NCBI GenBank assembly: GCA_951406725.2
Contig: OX597817.1
Span: 18,476,001-18,540,000 of the forward strand
Direction: 5' to 3'
Source: Octopus vulgaris
Taxonomy: Eukaryota
Length of the DNA: 64,000 bases
The translations under genes were made by a program, and so were the position numbers. Under the pieces are notes generated by a model, which saw only the letters and a program-made list of their open reading frames with translations, ran no database searches and had not been told where the DNA came from. Below are positions 13,846-29,696 of this stretch, in pieces. Each line of letters starts with the position of its first letter. Within the stretch, counting starts at the first letter, position 1.

Positions 13846-14313
13846 ATTTGTCTTATTTGATTCTATAGAGTTTGTACATGTTTTTAATAGTTTTCAATAA
13901 AGATGCAATATTTTTGTAGATTTGTCAAATGACAATAAAACGTTTTTATCGACCGAAAATAGTGAAAAGGCAGTGTGTTTTGGCTACAGTATTTTGGAGT
14001 TTCTTGAAAGTTTCCTCCCCAAACGGTTAAAGATGGATTGTATTTTTGTCAGTTGTTATCATATTGTATTTTTGTCAGTTGTTATCATATTAAGCCCTCA
14101 CTATCCCGATTAGTCCAAAGTCATTAACAACAAAAGTGTTGAAAATCAACCTGCCCCAAGAGGTATACGCACACAGACACACACACGCAAACCCGTAAGT
14201 ACGAATACATAATATATATATATATATATATATATTTATTTATTTTGTATGTGTATGTGTATGCGTGTATATCTATATGTATGCCTGGATACATATACAC
14301 ACACACACACGCT

Positions 14314-14345
<32 letters not shown>

Positions 14346-14490
14346 CACACACATGCACACACACACACATATATATGGAGTTAAACGCAGGTGTTATTCA
14401 AATTCTTTTACTTCCGACTTGTGTGATTTTTTGCTATCTGGTAACTATCTATATTTCCGTGTTAATTGTTAACTAAGGGAAAAATATACA

Positions 14491-14584
<94 letters not shown>

Positions 14585-14586
14585 TA

Positions 14587-14748
14587 CAGTAATCCCTCGA
14601 CTATCGCGGGTGTTACGTTCCAAAACCCGCCACAGAAATAATTAAAATCTAAAAAAAATACAAATTCCTATCGGACGCAGTAACCGCGATATACTGAGGA
14701 GTCCTCGACATAAGTTTGCATATATTAGCGAGAAAAATCCGCGATATT
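14587..14748 (+). mobile_element. Tigger/pogo-like MITE left-end fragment
   Basis: TA|CAGTAATCCCTCGACTATCGCGGG terminus typical of TcMar-Tigger elements. No right TIR seen. Confidence 0.55.
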
Positions 14749-14752
14749 CAAT

Positions 14753-15028
14753 ACATGGTTAGTGTATCCTGTTCTCGTTGGTAACGTTATGAGTTCGATT
14801 CCTTGCGATGCATAGTATCCTGGATTTTCACTTTGTGCCAATCAACTCGACTAGCAAAAATATTTTGTACCTGTAGTTCAATGAGTAAGCCAAGTCTCAT
14901 TCTGTGTCACGCTGAATCTCTCTGAGAGCTTCGTGAAAGATACGCCTCCCTAGTCACTTGCACGAGCTGGCTGTTCTGTTGATCAAATCAACGGGAACCC
15001 TCTTCGCCGCAACCGACGGAGTACCAGA
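14753..15028 (+). mobile_element. Degenerate tRNA-derived SINE (third family)
   Basis: tggttagtg...gagttcgattcc boxes and a 3' body ending aaccgacggagtaccag. Confidence 0.55.
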
Positions 15029-15030
15029 TC

Positions 15031-15110
<80 letters not shown>

Positions 15111-15248
15111 CAATAAATGGTGGTGTTGTGTTGACTGCACGTGGAGAAATGATAGGCAAGGAAAAATTATAAAAATGCAGAATGGAAAATTTTAATGAAA
15201 ATAGGTGTATGGAAAAGTTAGAAAAATTAATAAAATATATATATATTA

Positions 15249-15284
15249 ATTCAAACCGGTTTTCGTCACAATGTGACTTTTCAA

Positions 15285-15288
<4 letters not shown>
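15249..15288 (-). ncRNA. Minimal hammerhead motif, U3-A8 core variant, in a (TA)n-flanked PLE-like end (15106-15290)
   Basis: attc-TTGAAAA-GTCAC att GTGAC-GAAA-ACCGGT-TT-gaat. Stems I and II pair and stem III is palindromic. Confidence 0.6.
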
Positions 15289-15357
<69 letters not shown>

Positions 15358-16197
15358 TATCCATGTGCGTGTTTATGTATGTGTGTGTGTGTGTGTGTAT
15401 TTTGCATTCTACTCACATCATGTTATTGTTCATTTTGAAATACTAGAGTAAGGCCTTTGCTGAAGGTGCTCGTAGTGGAATGGAATTTGGAACGACAGGC
15501 GGACGTTTTTGCGAAGAAAACTTCTCGGTCTCATAATATATGTATGTGTGTGTGTGAGTGAGTGTGTGTGTATGCTTTTATATAGATGACTGAATGGCGT
15601 GTATGCTTGTTTGTCAGTGTGAGGGCGAATTATTAAGAAAATTCATGTGGAGTATTTAAATATATAAACTTCTTGAGAGAGAAAGAGTATGAGTGAGGGA
15701 AAGTGAGAATGATATAAAACGAGATATCGCAAAGGTGAGATGAAATTTATTAGATATGAAACAAAACGAAAAACTAAACGGGAAAATTCTTTATATCTGA
15801 GAATTTTTCTGAAATTTCAGATCGTATCTGCCAACCTTGCAGAATTCGATGCAGAAACTTCGCCCTTTAAAATATTACAGATAATTCAATTACGAGAATT
15901 AAAATTAAAATTTAAAAAATTACTTGTTACCTGTTAATATAACTGGAAGATAATGTAAAATAAATAGGAGTAATATCGTATCACACTAGTGAAGTCCTTT
16001 TTCAGCAAAGAAGGTGAAAGGGTGTGTTGAATCAAAATATTAAGGCGTTCTTTAAAATGTTACTGAGTAAGAAAAGATATTCCACAAAATCTACTTTATC
16101 TCTCACACCGATTACTTGACGTGTGATTTAGTATTCATGCGTACATACTCACAAACACATTTACACACATATACACATACATGCATACAGCACGCAC

Positions 16198-17052
<855 letters not shown>

Positions 17053-17449
17053 CATACGAGCCCGCGTGTTCGTGCACATATGTGAAGCTGATGCGATATT
17101 CCCTAAATGATTTTTCAACGGAAAATAAATATATGAACTTGGCCTGGAGGTAGTTGTAATCGTTAAACAAATTGGAGAATAAGACTCGTACTATTCTGTT
17201 CTATTTTTAGTGGTCAGCTTTTGTCACGTGATAATAGTTAAGGTTTGGGTTGTGATGCAGAACAGAGTATGTTTGAAAGCAATTGTTTGTAATGGTACTT
17301 GCTCTGTTGTTATTATCGACTTACCCCAGTGGAACGAAAAAATAATTACTTTGTGGGGATTGGTAGTTGAAGCGATCAAGTGTAAGTATTATGCCGAGGG
17401 ATATTATTGCTACGTTGGTGGTGGGAGTGGTTTCACACTTTCTATTTAG

Positions 17450-19020
<1,571 letters not shown>

Positions 19021-19279
19021 TACTTTTAATTTGGGCGCCAATGATTTTTCTTTCTGGATATATCCTGTTAGGATGTGTCTTTATGCTGTGTGAGGACTGG
19101 TATGCTAAAGAATAGACCTCATGTCTTCTCTGTGCGCTATAAAGGCGTCTAAAAGAGGTTGATGTCGCATCTGCACTCCAGCCTCGTAAAACCCTCACCA
19201 GTAACAACCTCTTGTACACACTCCAAACATTCTCTTCCCCGGGGAGAAGTAACTCAACTGCATAGTACACGTTGCATGA

Positions 19280-20500
19280 GATCAGTGGAGAAAAACCGCC
19301 ATGACTTCCATCCGCCGAACGGGGAAAAACCTAGAGGACAGGATATGTTGGAAGGTTGTCGCCTGAGTAGTGCAAAAGAGTAGCAAATCTAAGTTCAATC
19401 TGAGGATGCCTGTTTGGTAGGAATCTGGAATGTTCTCTCTGAAGGATGATTCCCGTCTTCTGATGTCTTTAGAACCCAGCCATTTGCGAGTTGCTGTGGC
19501 AACCTTATCAGAGGTGCGTCGAACAAAAAAGAAGTGGGATCTCAACCGGTTAATACACCCACTGACCTGGGTTCTCTGATGGCTAGTATACCAGTGGGGT
19601 AGCAGTTGCAGTGACAGATCGGCTGATTCCAATGATGTTAAATGTAACATTTTGTCAACGAGTATATTATGTGTCTGAGGATTCGACAATCTCTGAGTGT
19701 TATTTCCTTGGTTGCAGTGCATACTCCGACTGATATGGGAGAATGACAGTTCCGTGAGTGTTCTGTCTTGCAGAGTATCCTTAACAGAAATATGTCCTTG
19801 GTCATAGGAGATTTCAATGCATAAACTAGGGTTGACAGAACGGGATACGAGAGCGCTGTCAGCCTTTTTGGATCCGGTGCTAGGAACGTGGCTAGTGTAG
19901 TTCACCTGGACTTTACCAAAAGCCATGGACTTCGCATTGCTGTCTTATGATACTAACGTCCTGAGCTGCATCGCGTGATTTGGTATACCAATACTGTCCA
20001 TGTGGCAAAGGAAATCGACCGCGTATTTATAGATGACAGTCTGAGACGCCTACAGAACTGCAGGAATTTTTCGGAGCGCTAGATTCTTGATCACCGACCA
20101 GAGTTATGCTGTGGCCGAGTTGAGATTGTAACTGAAGTCTATGAAACTGAAGGCAATTATTCTCAGATTGAATGCGGACAGACAACGGTGTAAGCAAGAT
20201 CTACTCGCACCAACTTGGATCTGTGTTATCTGGGGCTTACTACTCGTCTGATTTAGTGGGAATGTGAGAAGCTTACTGAAACACCCTATTGTCGACTGCT
20301 AGGAAATGCATCGGGTTCCAAAATCGGGTCAGAAGACCCTCGTTGTTGGTGGAGCGCGACTGCAAAGCAGACTTGATGGAACTCCTGATGATTTGCTTCG
20401 GGAGCTGAAATAAGGGGAGTCCGGGCAAGGTCTCACAAGAAAATGCAAATCTTAGAAATCTGCGTGGAGGCTGTGAGTCGGCCTTACACATCTCATTCAC
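19280..20500 (+). mobile_element. RTE-type LINE 5' relic (AP endonuclease)
   Basis: Remnants VGIWNVL, ATLSEVRR, VIGDFNA, WYTNT..KEIDRV, LQNCR and TD(H)R. Confidence 0.7.
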
Positions 20501-21332
20501 GTACTGTTTGTATAGTAATCGCTAATGTGGACTGACTGGGGCACTGCTCATCGGATTGCCGGGAGGACCCGGGAATATATCGACAAATGGTGAATGCAGC
20601 AACGTACTGCAATGGCGCATGCTCCCACATTTGACTAACCTGGTTTATCTTTCTGTAAGTTTTAGCTACTCAGCAGGAGATTGTAGTCTTTTGCGCAAAG
20701 TAATTCACAGAGATATTTCTTTTGAGTCAGTAAATATGAGGAGGCATTAGGAATTACGAAAGATATTTCATGTTTTCTTTTGAAGTATAACATCTCTGTA
20801 CATATTTCGGTCTTGCTAGAGCTCCCAAGCGAAGCGTGGCCTGACTTTTGGTTGAGAGTTTAGAATGACTAGTAGAGAAGTATAGAGAAATTTTTTAGAT
20901 GGATACAGAGTGACGCTAACCAATCAGAGAACCAATGAGAACATGATCAGATATATCTGAAGTCTAAAAGTAAATTCTTAAATGGGTTTAGCATATTTGA
21001 AGTTGTGAGCCTAGAAATTGTAATGGAATTAATATTACGCCCTCTGAGAGGTGATTAATTTTCTAAATTACTAATTCTAACCCGAATCCTAAGGTCTAAA
21101 CGTGTCGTGTTATTACAGTGATAAAAAAGTTTCAGAATAACCTTTCTCAGCAGTCCATATTTCCTTAAATTGACGGCGAAGTGGCATTTTCGGTAGAACG
21201 TTGGTTTAAATGCCTTGCATTATTTCTTCTGGATCTATAGATTCTAAGTTCAAAACTCGCCTAAGTGAAATTTGCTTTTCATCCTCTTGAGGTCGATAAA
21301 GACTGTAATTTTAAATAATATGAAAGCTGCCT

Positions 21333-21552
21333 CGGGGCGGTGAGCTGGCAGAATCGTTAGCACGCTGGGTGAAATGCTTAGCTGTATTTCGTCTGCCGTT
21401 ACGTTCTGAGTTCAAATTCCGCCGAGGTCGACTTTGCCTTTCATCGTTTTGGGGTCGATTAAATAAGTACCCGTTACGCACATGGGTCAATGTAATCGAC
21501 TTAATCCCTTTGTCTATCCTCGTTTGTTCCCTCTGTGGGCAATAAAGAAATA
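21333..21552 (+). mobile_element. SINE family B with 16-bp TSD
   Basis: TSD aatatgaaagctgcct at 21317-21332 and 21553-21568. An older family-B fragment lies just upstream (~21170-21300). Confidence 0.92.
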
Positions 21553-23142
21553 AATATGAAAGCTGCCTTGAGCAAGGGTCCCGTATTTTCGTTCCTAATT
21601 TTAAAAGATTTGGAATTTATTAGAGGGTGATCACAGTCGTATTTGTTCATTCTTGTGCCATTGAAGTAAGTTTTAAAGTTCTACTTTTGTAGGGTATAAT
21701 ATGTGTGCCTTAAAGCCAACGATATTGTTCACAAGGACAATATATGTCGGTCATGTCTCTCTGATACACGTATGCTTTCAGTATCCTTCCCTTAATACTT
21801 TCAGATCCTGTAATTATTACCATTGTAACAGTTATTAATTCTGCTGAGAATGTAAGAAATCATCTAACTCTGTATCCTATTTTAAATACATACAGCGATA
21901 TTATGATTATAACAAAAATATTTTTATTCAATCAAAGAGAAAATTAATCAGTTTTTGTCATCCAACATATTATTAGCTATTATATTACATGATACATACT
22001 GTGAGGTAGCTTATTTCCATTCCACTATAACAATGGGATCAGTATTTACTTTATTTACAGATCTATCTTTTTCGGTTATTTGAGGATATATACGCATTTA
22101 TATACATACACATGCGTGTGCATATGATTGTGCGGGTCCATATTTGGGTTTGTGTGTTTACGTGCGTGTATATGTTTGTTCTGGTTGGAAATGTTATCAA
22201 ACATATACCATGGTTTCTTTCACATATTCAAATAGATACCAGCGAGCCTCACTGAATTTAAAACAAACACGTCACTGATTATGACTAATGTGAGACATAT
22301 TTTCGATAAAATACTGTTTTAAATATTTAATTTCCAGAAACAAATACTGCTCTCTAAAACTAGAAACGCTGACAGATTTTGAATGGAATGGTATAGTTAA
22401 TTTAAAAGCACTCAATATTTAACTGATATTTATTTTATCCACATTGGAAGGATGAAAAACAAAGGTGAAATTGTCGAATTTGAACACAGAACACAAAAGA
22501 CACAAACTAAACAAAGAGAAAACATTTAGTACAAGTAAATAGCAAAATATATTGATGTCGATTTAATTTATTTCGTTTTCAAACTCTCTGACATATCGAA
22601 AACAAATATACCTATATATCAACTAACGAGCATAAGACAGTGTAAAATAATATTTTCCCTACTATAATTGCTATTCTGACTTTTGCAATATATCTTACAA
22701 AGATATTGCTTTTACCAATTTTGATTAAATATTGCTTAATTAAAATTCTAGTAAATCTCTTAAGCTTCACCAGTTACGAAAGTCAAGTACGTTTGCTTCT
22801 AGCAATCCAACTAACAAAACTGATATATTATAACAAACGTTTAATATAGTGTAAAATCGAATTCAGAAAGCTTGGCTGATCGATGACGTCCACTTCTAGA
22901 AATCTCATTTAATAAATGAAGAATGCTTCCTCCTCCAACGAACAGCATAACAGCTGCCATAATAGAATGAAAGACAAGAGGCAAAGGGTAACATTTCTAT
23001 ATTTGGGAATATTTCTCATTTCCATGTAATATCACAATTTATGTTAATGATAGCAATGATGATGGCTATAATACAAATCATAATAATTTCTAACCTGAGA
23101 ACAAGGTCATCAGTTTCAAGGAATGGCACAATCGATGAAATA

Positions 23143-23322
23143 GACCCTCCAGTCCTTAGTTTATATATGTTGGAATGGTGGAAGTCGACAAGAGCTCGAT
23201 TTGAACTTATAACGTTAAAAGAACATAACTAACTAGTTATGTTCTTTTAACGTTCTGAGTTCAAATCGGGCTCTTATCGACTTCCATCATTTCGACACAT
23301 ATAAACTAAGGACTGGAGGGTC
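23143..23322. repeat. Fold-back palindrome of a SINE-B-like fragment
   Basis: Arms of about 88 bp (gaccctccagtccttagtttata...aagaacataact and agttatgttctt...tataaactaaggactggagggtc) with a spacer of about 4 nt. Confidence 0.85.
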
Positions 23323-23473
23323 GATATAAGGTACTATGTCTGACATTCTACTGATAATAATCACTCAATCGATAATTCAGAATAATAATGGTGATAACAA
23401 ATATTATAAGTAATCATATTCTTAATAATATGATGATGATAATGACAACAGTGTATCCGAAAAGACAATGTAA

Positions 23474-23872
23474 TCTTTATATATAAAAGTGAGGTTGTGT
23501 GCTGTCTGTCTCCTACGATTTAGATTCCTAACTACTCCCACATTTTGCGGTGCAGTTTAACCAAAACCGGGTATCTTATAGTCGTGATTCATATCGAGCC
23601 CTTCTGGGTATTAGCGCGCGTCTACGATGAGTCTACGATAAAAAAAAATTACTATCATTTTTTTTCCATTTTAATGCATTTTTTTCGCTATTTTATAAGG
23701 GAAGTAACTCTCTAAAAATGTCTACGATGAGTCTACGATTTAAAAAAAAAATTACCATCGTTTTTTCTCCATTTTTAATGCATTTTTTGCTATTTTTTGG
23801 CTATAACTCTCTAAAAATGCTTATATAGTTATTTCCCTTACAAACCCGAGCAACGCCGGGCGATACTGCTAG
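23474..23872 (+). mobile_element. Non-autonomous Helitron
   Basis: A|TC start (tctttatatataaaa), 3' hairpin cccgagcaacgccggg at 23845-23860, CTAG|T end. Internal ~100-bp tandem duplication. Confidence 0.85.
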
Positions 23873-23921
23873 TACATAATATAACTCAAAGGTTATGCAA
23901 AATGTAATAAAAAGACATTTT

Positions 23922-24068
23922 CATCATCATTATCATCATCATCATCATAATCATCATCATCATCAGTGGCAGCAGCAGCAGCAGTAGCAGCAGCAGTAGT
24001 AGCAGCAGCAGCAGCAGCAGTAGCAGCAGCAGTAGTAGCAGCAGAAGCAGCAGTAGCAGCAGCAGCAG
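23922..24068. repeat. (CAT)n followed by (CAG/TAG)n trinucleotide repeat
   Basis: Direct observation. Confidence 0.95.
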
Positions 24069-24079
24069 CCTCTTCGTCA

Positions 24080-24720
24080 AATTAAACCTGATCCAACTTC
24101 ATTGACAATAAGCTTCCAGTGATGCCTGTCTTCCATTGCAGCTGCTGGAAGCTCACGGTTGATGGGAGTTTCACGTTCCAACATCGAAATCTTTATCGCC
24201 ACAGGTATTTTTCGATACTATAAAGTCTGGTCACTTCTATTGCGTCGTATATTGTCGCCATGTCTTCTGCGTAATCTATATCCATGGCATTGTTGGCTGG
24301 ATATCTTCGATTAGCTTATTTGTATATGCTTCCATAGTTGTTCTCATAACATAAACCAGTATAATCATAAATAGACATGGTAACAGAGTGCCATTTGGTA
24401 CGATTTCTAGGTAGTGCTTTGATACTCCAGTTAGAATCTTGAGACATGCTGATACTGCCATCTGAAGACTTTTGTTGTGATGTTAGCATAAATGATGCTT
24501 AATATTACAATCTTAGGTGGGTTTTCTGTATGCTCCTATAATTTCGAAATTCTTGTTGTTGGCACAGTCCAAAGCTTTACGAAAATCTATAAAGATGCGT
24601 GCTGTTTGTAATTTATGATTTTCTTAGTTTCATTCCTTCCTTTATTCTGCTTGTGGTGTGTATTTGTGATAGTGCGGTTTTGGTTGATCTGGACCATTTT
24701 GATTTTCGCACGATAATAGC
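24080..24720 (-). mobile_element. RTE-like LINE reverse transcriptase relic
   Basis: IFIDFRKALD and VPNGTLLPCLFMIILVYVMR (resembles QGDTLAPYLFIIVLDYVMR). Confidence 0.6.
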
Positions 24721-24744
24721 TCAATATGGCGCCTGATTTTAATA

Positions 24745-25159
24745 TACTCTTTTACTCTTTTACTTGTTTCAGTCATTTGACTGCGGCCATGCTGGAGCAC
24801 CGCCTTTAGTCGAGCAACTCGACCCCGGGACTTATTCTTTTTATAAGCCCAGTACTTATTCTATCGGTCTCTTTTTGCCGAACCGCTAAGTGACGGGGAC
24901 GTAAACACACCAGCATCGGTTGTCAAGCAATGCTAGGGAAACAAACACAGAGACACAAACACACACACACACATATATATATATATACATATATACGACA
25001 GGCTTCTTTCAGTTTCCGTCTACCAAATCCACTCACAAGGCATTGGTCGGCCCGGGGCTATAGCAGAAGACACTTGCCCAAGATGCCACGCAGTGGGACT
25101 GAACCCGGAACCATGTGGTTGGTTAGCAAGCTACTTACCACACAGCCACTCCTGCGCCT
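24745..25159 (-). mobile_element. SINE family A, full length
   Basis: Head aggcgcaggagtggctgtgtggt, CORE-like ttgggcaagtgtctt, internal TA/TG repeat, (taaaagag)n tail. Confidence 0.93.
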
Positions 25160-25486
25160 ACAAAAGAGTAAAAAGAGTAAAGAGTAAAAGAGTAATATGA
25201 GGCATTTAATTATATATCTTTTGGAGAAAGCATTCTAATGTCTCTAAAGTTTACTTTTTGTCCTAAATTTCCTTTCTTACAGAACGCTTACAAGTATCGT
25301 TTTGGCCTTACTTCACGCTTATTTTCATTTAGTGCTTCATTGCACACTTCTATTAGAGGTTCTGGTAGATTCCCGCTCTTCCATACGTTTTTGGCTATGC
25401 TATTGGGTCTGCGTGGTAGCTTCCCTCAATTTTTTCCATTGTGACATCATCGATACCGATGGTTAATGGATGGTGGGATATTTTGG

Positions 25487-25705
25487 CTGAAACGTTAGCG
25501 CGCCAGGCGAAATGCCTAGCGGTATTTCGTCTGCCGTTACGTTCTGAGTTCAAATTCCGCCGAGGTCGACTTTGCCTTTCATCCTTTCGAGGTCAATTAA
25601 ATAAGTACCAGTTACGCACTGGGGTCGATATGATCGACTTAATCCGTTTGTCTGTCCTTGTTCGTCCTCTCTGTGTTTAGCCCCTTGTGGGTAGTAAAGA
25701 AATAG
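25487..25705 (+). mobile_element. SINE family B
   Basis: Matches the other family-B copies. 5' end slightly truncated. Confidence 0.9.
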
Positions 25706-27623
25706 CAATATTTTGGATATGGGTGCTCTACTGTTCTCGGTGGTACTACATTAATATTTTGATGTTGTTCTTCCATTTATCTATCTGTTCAGATCGATTC
25801 TTTTATCCTTGGGTTTTCATTGGTTGCTACTTTTCCGCCATGTTATCTAATTTCCAACGCATAGAGCAACTTATGTTTTACGATTCTCTCCTGTTCTCTG
25901 AATTTCGTTCATTTCTTTTTTATGTACGATTCATGGTTCTTATAATATGAATCTTCTATGTTAATTTTTCTTTAGCTATCGAATATTTAAGATTGGTGTG
26001 CTCTGTGTTGCTTTGAGCTTTAATTGTTGGCTGTGCGCATGTTATAGATTTTTCCCTTTTAATCCTTGTGTCTTGCTTTTTATAGCGTAGTTTGTTTTAC
26101 ACGTAAGTCAGCCAAATATTATTCTCAAGGATTTGTAGAAATTTTTAAAAATCATGTTTCCGCAGACGAGGCTGTGTGGAAAGAAGTTTCTCCCTCAATC
26201 ACATGGTTCCAATATGTGGCGCATTGGGTAAGTGTCATCTACTATCACCTCCAGGTCTATCACAGCTATACAAGTAGATGGCAGATTTTGTGGACGGAAA
26301 CTGAAAGGACCCCTTCATGCATATAGACATACACACATATATATATATATATATATATACAGGGTGCGGTAAATAAATTGTCGTCTAAATTACGCAAAAA
26401 TGCGCATGTATGTGCGTATCAATTGCAACTAGCTTAAGGGATGTCTAAAAAGACTCGAAGTATTGCATGTGAATAAGCCCTGGAGATACTAGATGAGGTG
26501 ATAGGATATGGAAACAACATTCATATAAGTTAGTGTTAAGACAGTTAATTGCAGAGAACACTAATTGGAAATTATGCGGTGTGCACAAACAAACTCAATA
26601 TTAATTAATTTCTTGGAGCGAATGGGGAGATAACTTTAGACAAGATTCAGTATTGTTTCAACTTCATGAATGGAACACTTTATCATAGTTACTGAAGTAG
26701 TGATAAATTAAGTTTTTGTAGTGAATGAATTACGCAGTGATTAATTTAGTAAATGTACACGATTGCAGATTTGCTGGCGCTTAAAAGTTGTGCAAAGAAC
26801 AAATAGTTTAAAAGACTCCATTTGTGTTAAAAAAAAAAAACATAGTTCAGTTAGTGCTAACTTATTTATTACAGAGAGCATTAATAGGCTTAGTAGAAAT
26901 AATTACGTAGAGAGGAAAACTAGTATTATTTAAACAAAAGTAAATTTTTTCGTTTACTTTTTCTGAAAGCGTAGGAGGCAGAGTCATGTTTTCGTCTTAG
27001 CTTAGTATTTTTTTACTGAGCTTCTTAATGCTATTTACATTCAATTTCGTTAATACTAACTTAACTGCTGTTTTCCATGCGAATACTGTCTCTAAATAAT
27101 TTATTCTCAGAGTAAGAGAATATGCACTTTCACTCTATCACAGTCTCGTACTCACGCGAATAAATGATAGAATGGAAATAGCAGCTTGCTCTTCATCAGT
27201 AAAAATAGAGACTATTTAGTCCTAAATACATTAGTTTTAAAGAGAAGTGATATGTTCACAGCTCGAAACGCCTTTGTCATAGTCAGTGGTTAAAGTATAA
27301 CGACAATGAGAAATGATGGTTGGCTATAAATTTACAGCAGCAATTACCATCTGTAGTTGAGCAACATAGCATCCATTTACCAAGTATTGTCATTAATTAG
27401 AAATCACGATTGCAGTTGTAATTCAATTGGGAAAACACTGCGTTTCTGTACGTGTTACACACGTTGTGGTTATGGAGAGTTGCGGTTTCACGGATAGAAA
27501 AATATGAAAAACATTTAGAAGTTAATTTCTTTATTATCAAACAGGCATAACAAATCCGGCGGTATTTTAATGTGGTGTATATTTTATATGTATTTTGATT
27601 CAGAAAATGACGTAATGAAGTCC

Positions 27624-27813
27624 TATAACATTTTCCTTAAAGTTTGAATTAGATCTTTGTGTTAAGAACTAGAAAATTTTAAAATGCAGTACCGGCTACA
27701 CACACAAACACACACAAACACACACATACACACACACACAATACATACACACATACATACATACATACATACGTACATAAATACATACATACATACATAC
27801 ATACGTACATAAA

Positions 27814-27847
<34 letters not shown>

Positions 27848-28156
27848 CATACATACATACATACATAGATACATACATACATACACAAATACATACATAC
27901 ATACATACATACATACATACATACATACATGAATACATACATACATACATACATACATACATACATAAATACATACATACATAAAAAGCTCAAATATGTT
28001 TGAGGCATATACGAACCTGTAAGAAAGCCATTCCCTGTATTCTGAATTCTCCATAAAGTTTCGAGGCATATGAAAGCGAAGTCTTATAACATTTTCCTTA
28101 AAGTTTGAGTTAGATCTTTGTGTAAAGAACTAGAAAATTCTAAAATGCAGTACCGG

Positions 28157-28201
<45 letters not shown>

Positions 28202-28448
28202 ACATACACACACAATACATACATACATACATACATGCATAAATACATGCATACATACATGCACACATACATGCATACATACATGCATACATACATACAT
28301 ACATACACACACATGCATACATACATACATAAATACATACATACATAAACAGCTCAAATATGTTTGAGGCATATACGAACATGTAAGAAAGCCATTTTCT
28401 CTGTATTCTGAATTCCCCATAAAGTTTCGAGGCATATGAAAGCGAAGT
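27624..28448. repeat. Tandem duplication of a unit containing a CA/CATA microsatellite
   Basis: Units 27624-28084 and 28085-28448 share unique flanks (tataacattttc...gcagtaccggct and agctcaaatatg...gaaagcgaagt) and differ in array length. Confidence 0.92.
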
Positions 28449-29350
28449 ACGCGACAGTTATAAACAGGACAGAATGACGTAGATCGGATAGTTAAATAAT
28501 CATTCATCGATGCAGGGAATGCATCGATGAAGTGACGTTCATTGTTGCTTGATATATTAAGTATTTATATTTAAGTATTTACAGGCTATGATTGCTGGTA
28601 CTGTGACTACGTCTATCTCTATACATGAGTTAATTCTGTCCCATTTCCCTCTCCTCTTTCCCTCCTCCTAATTTCATATTTCGCAGAGATCTTCGATAAT
28701 ATGCGCTTTTCCTTATTTCCCCCCCGAAATATAATTAGCTGATTAGCTATTAATTCTGCAATAATTAATCGGAAGACTTTAATCAAGATGTATCCACCAA
28801 ATGAATTATAATGCTGAAAATTGTTAACCATGCCAATCTTTAATATACTAACCAATGTAACGCAGTAAATGTGTTTCTTTTTTAGAATAAAGTCAACAAC
28901 TATTTTAGCATGTTTTGATTGGGTCAAATATCATGCTTGGTCACTGTTTTCAGGCGGTATACATGCATGTCTTGTCAGTACCAGGCTTTGTGTGAGAGGT
29001 TGCTGTGTTTTATAACATATTTAGAATAGAAAAAACAACTTTAATTAACAACCCAGTCTTGAATTCCTTTTCATGATTGACAGATTTTGAACCGACACAC
29101 ACTACATTTCTTTAATGTTAGTAATTCTCATTTGGTATTTCACTTGTTGACAATCTGTTGATTAATCAACGTGTCATTGTTCGCTTCATTATTTGGTAAA
29201 CCTGATGATTTGTGAGTTGCGACATATATATTACGCAATCGAATGGATGTTGTGCATACTGCATACTTGACTATACCAAGTTTTCCAAACAGTAAACATT
29301 CTTAACGAAACAATGGTAGCAATACCTGCTGATAACACATTCGTCTGTTA

Positions 29351-29441
<91 letters not shown>

Positions 29442-29605
29442 AAAAAGCAATTAAGATTCAAGTCAATTCTAATGAATTCACTTGAATATGGTACTTAACT
29501 TAGATGCACCAGAAAACTATATGGTGTTAACCAATACAGTAGTGTGGGGTGATTATAAACGAGAAAAGAAGCAACAAGAATGGATTAGTTTTTAGTACAT
29601 ATGTA

Positions 29606-29696
29606 TTTTAGCTGATGAGTACGGGACACTTTTATCTGCTGCAATATTTGCAACTTTTAATAAAGCCTGTCTTTGTATGAAACAATTGTACTAAAA
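29606..29696 (+). ncRNA. Type-I hammerhead ribozyme with canonical core
   Basis: ttttag-CTGATGA-gtac...gtat-GAAAC-aatt-GTA-ctaaaa. 6-bp stem I, palindromic stem III ACAATTGT, GUA cleavage triplet. Confidence 0.8.

Larger units (their letters stand above)
10428..14158 (+). mobile_element. hAT-superfamily (hATm-like) DNA transposon, full length but degenerate
   Basis: Imperfect TIRs tagggtaggtcgatttt...ttggactag and tagtccaa...aaaatcaacctgcccca. 8-bp TSD aggggcat/agaggtat (6 of 8 match). Contains a transposase relic. Confidence 0.8.

Noticed and set aside
23886-24080. Poly-Leu or poly-Gln ORF
   Set aside because: A trinucleotide repeat with TAG interruptions and no exon context.
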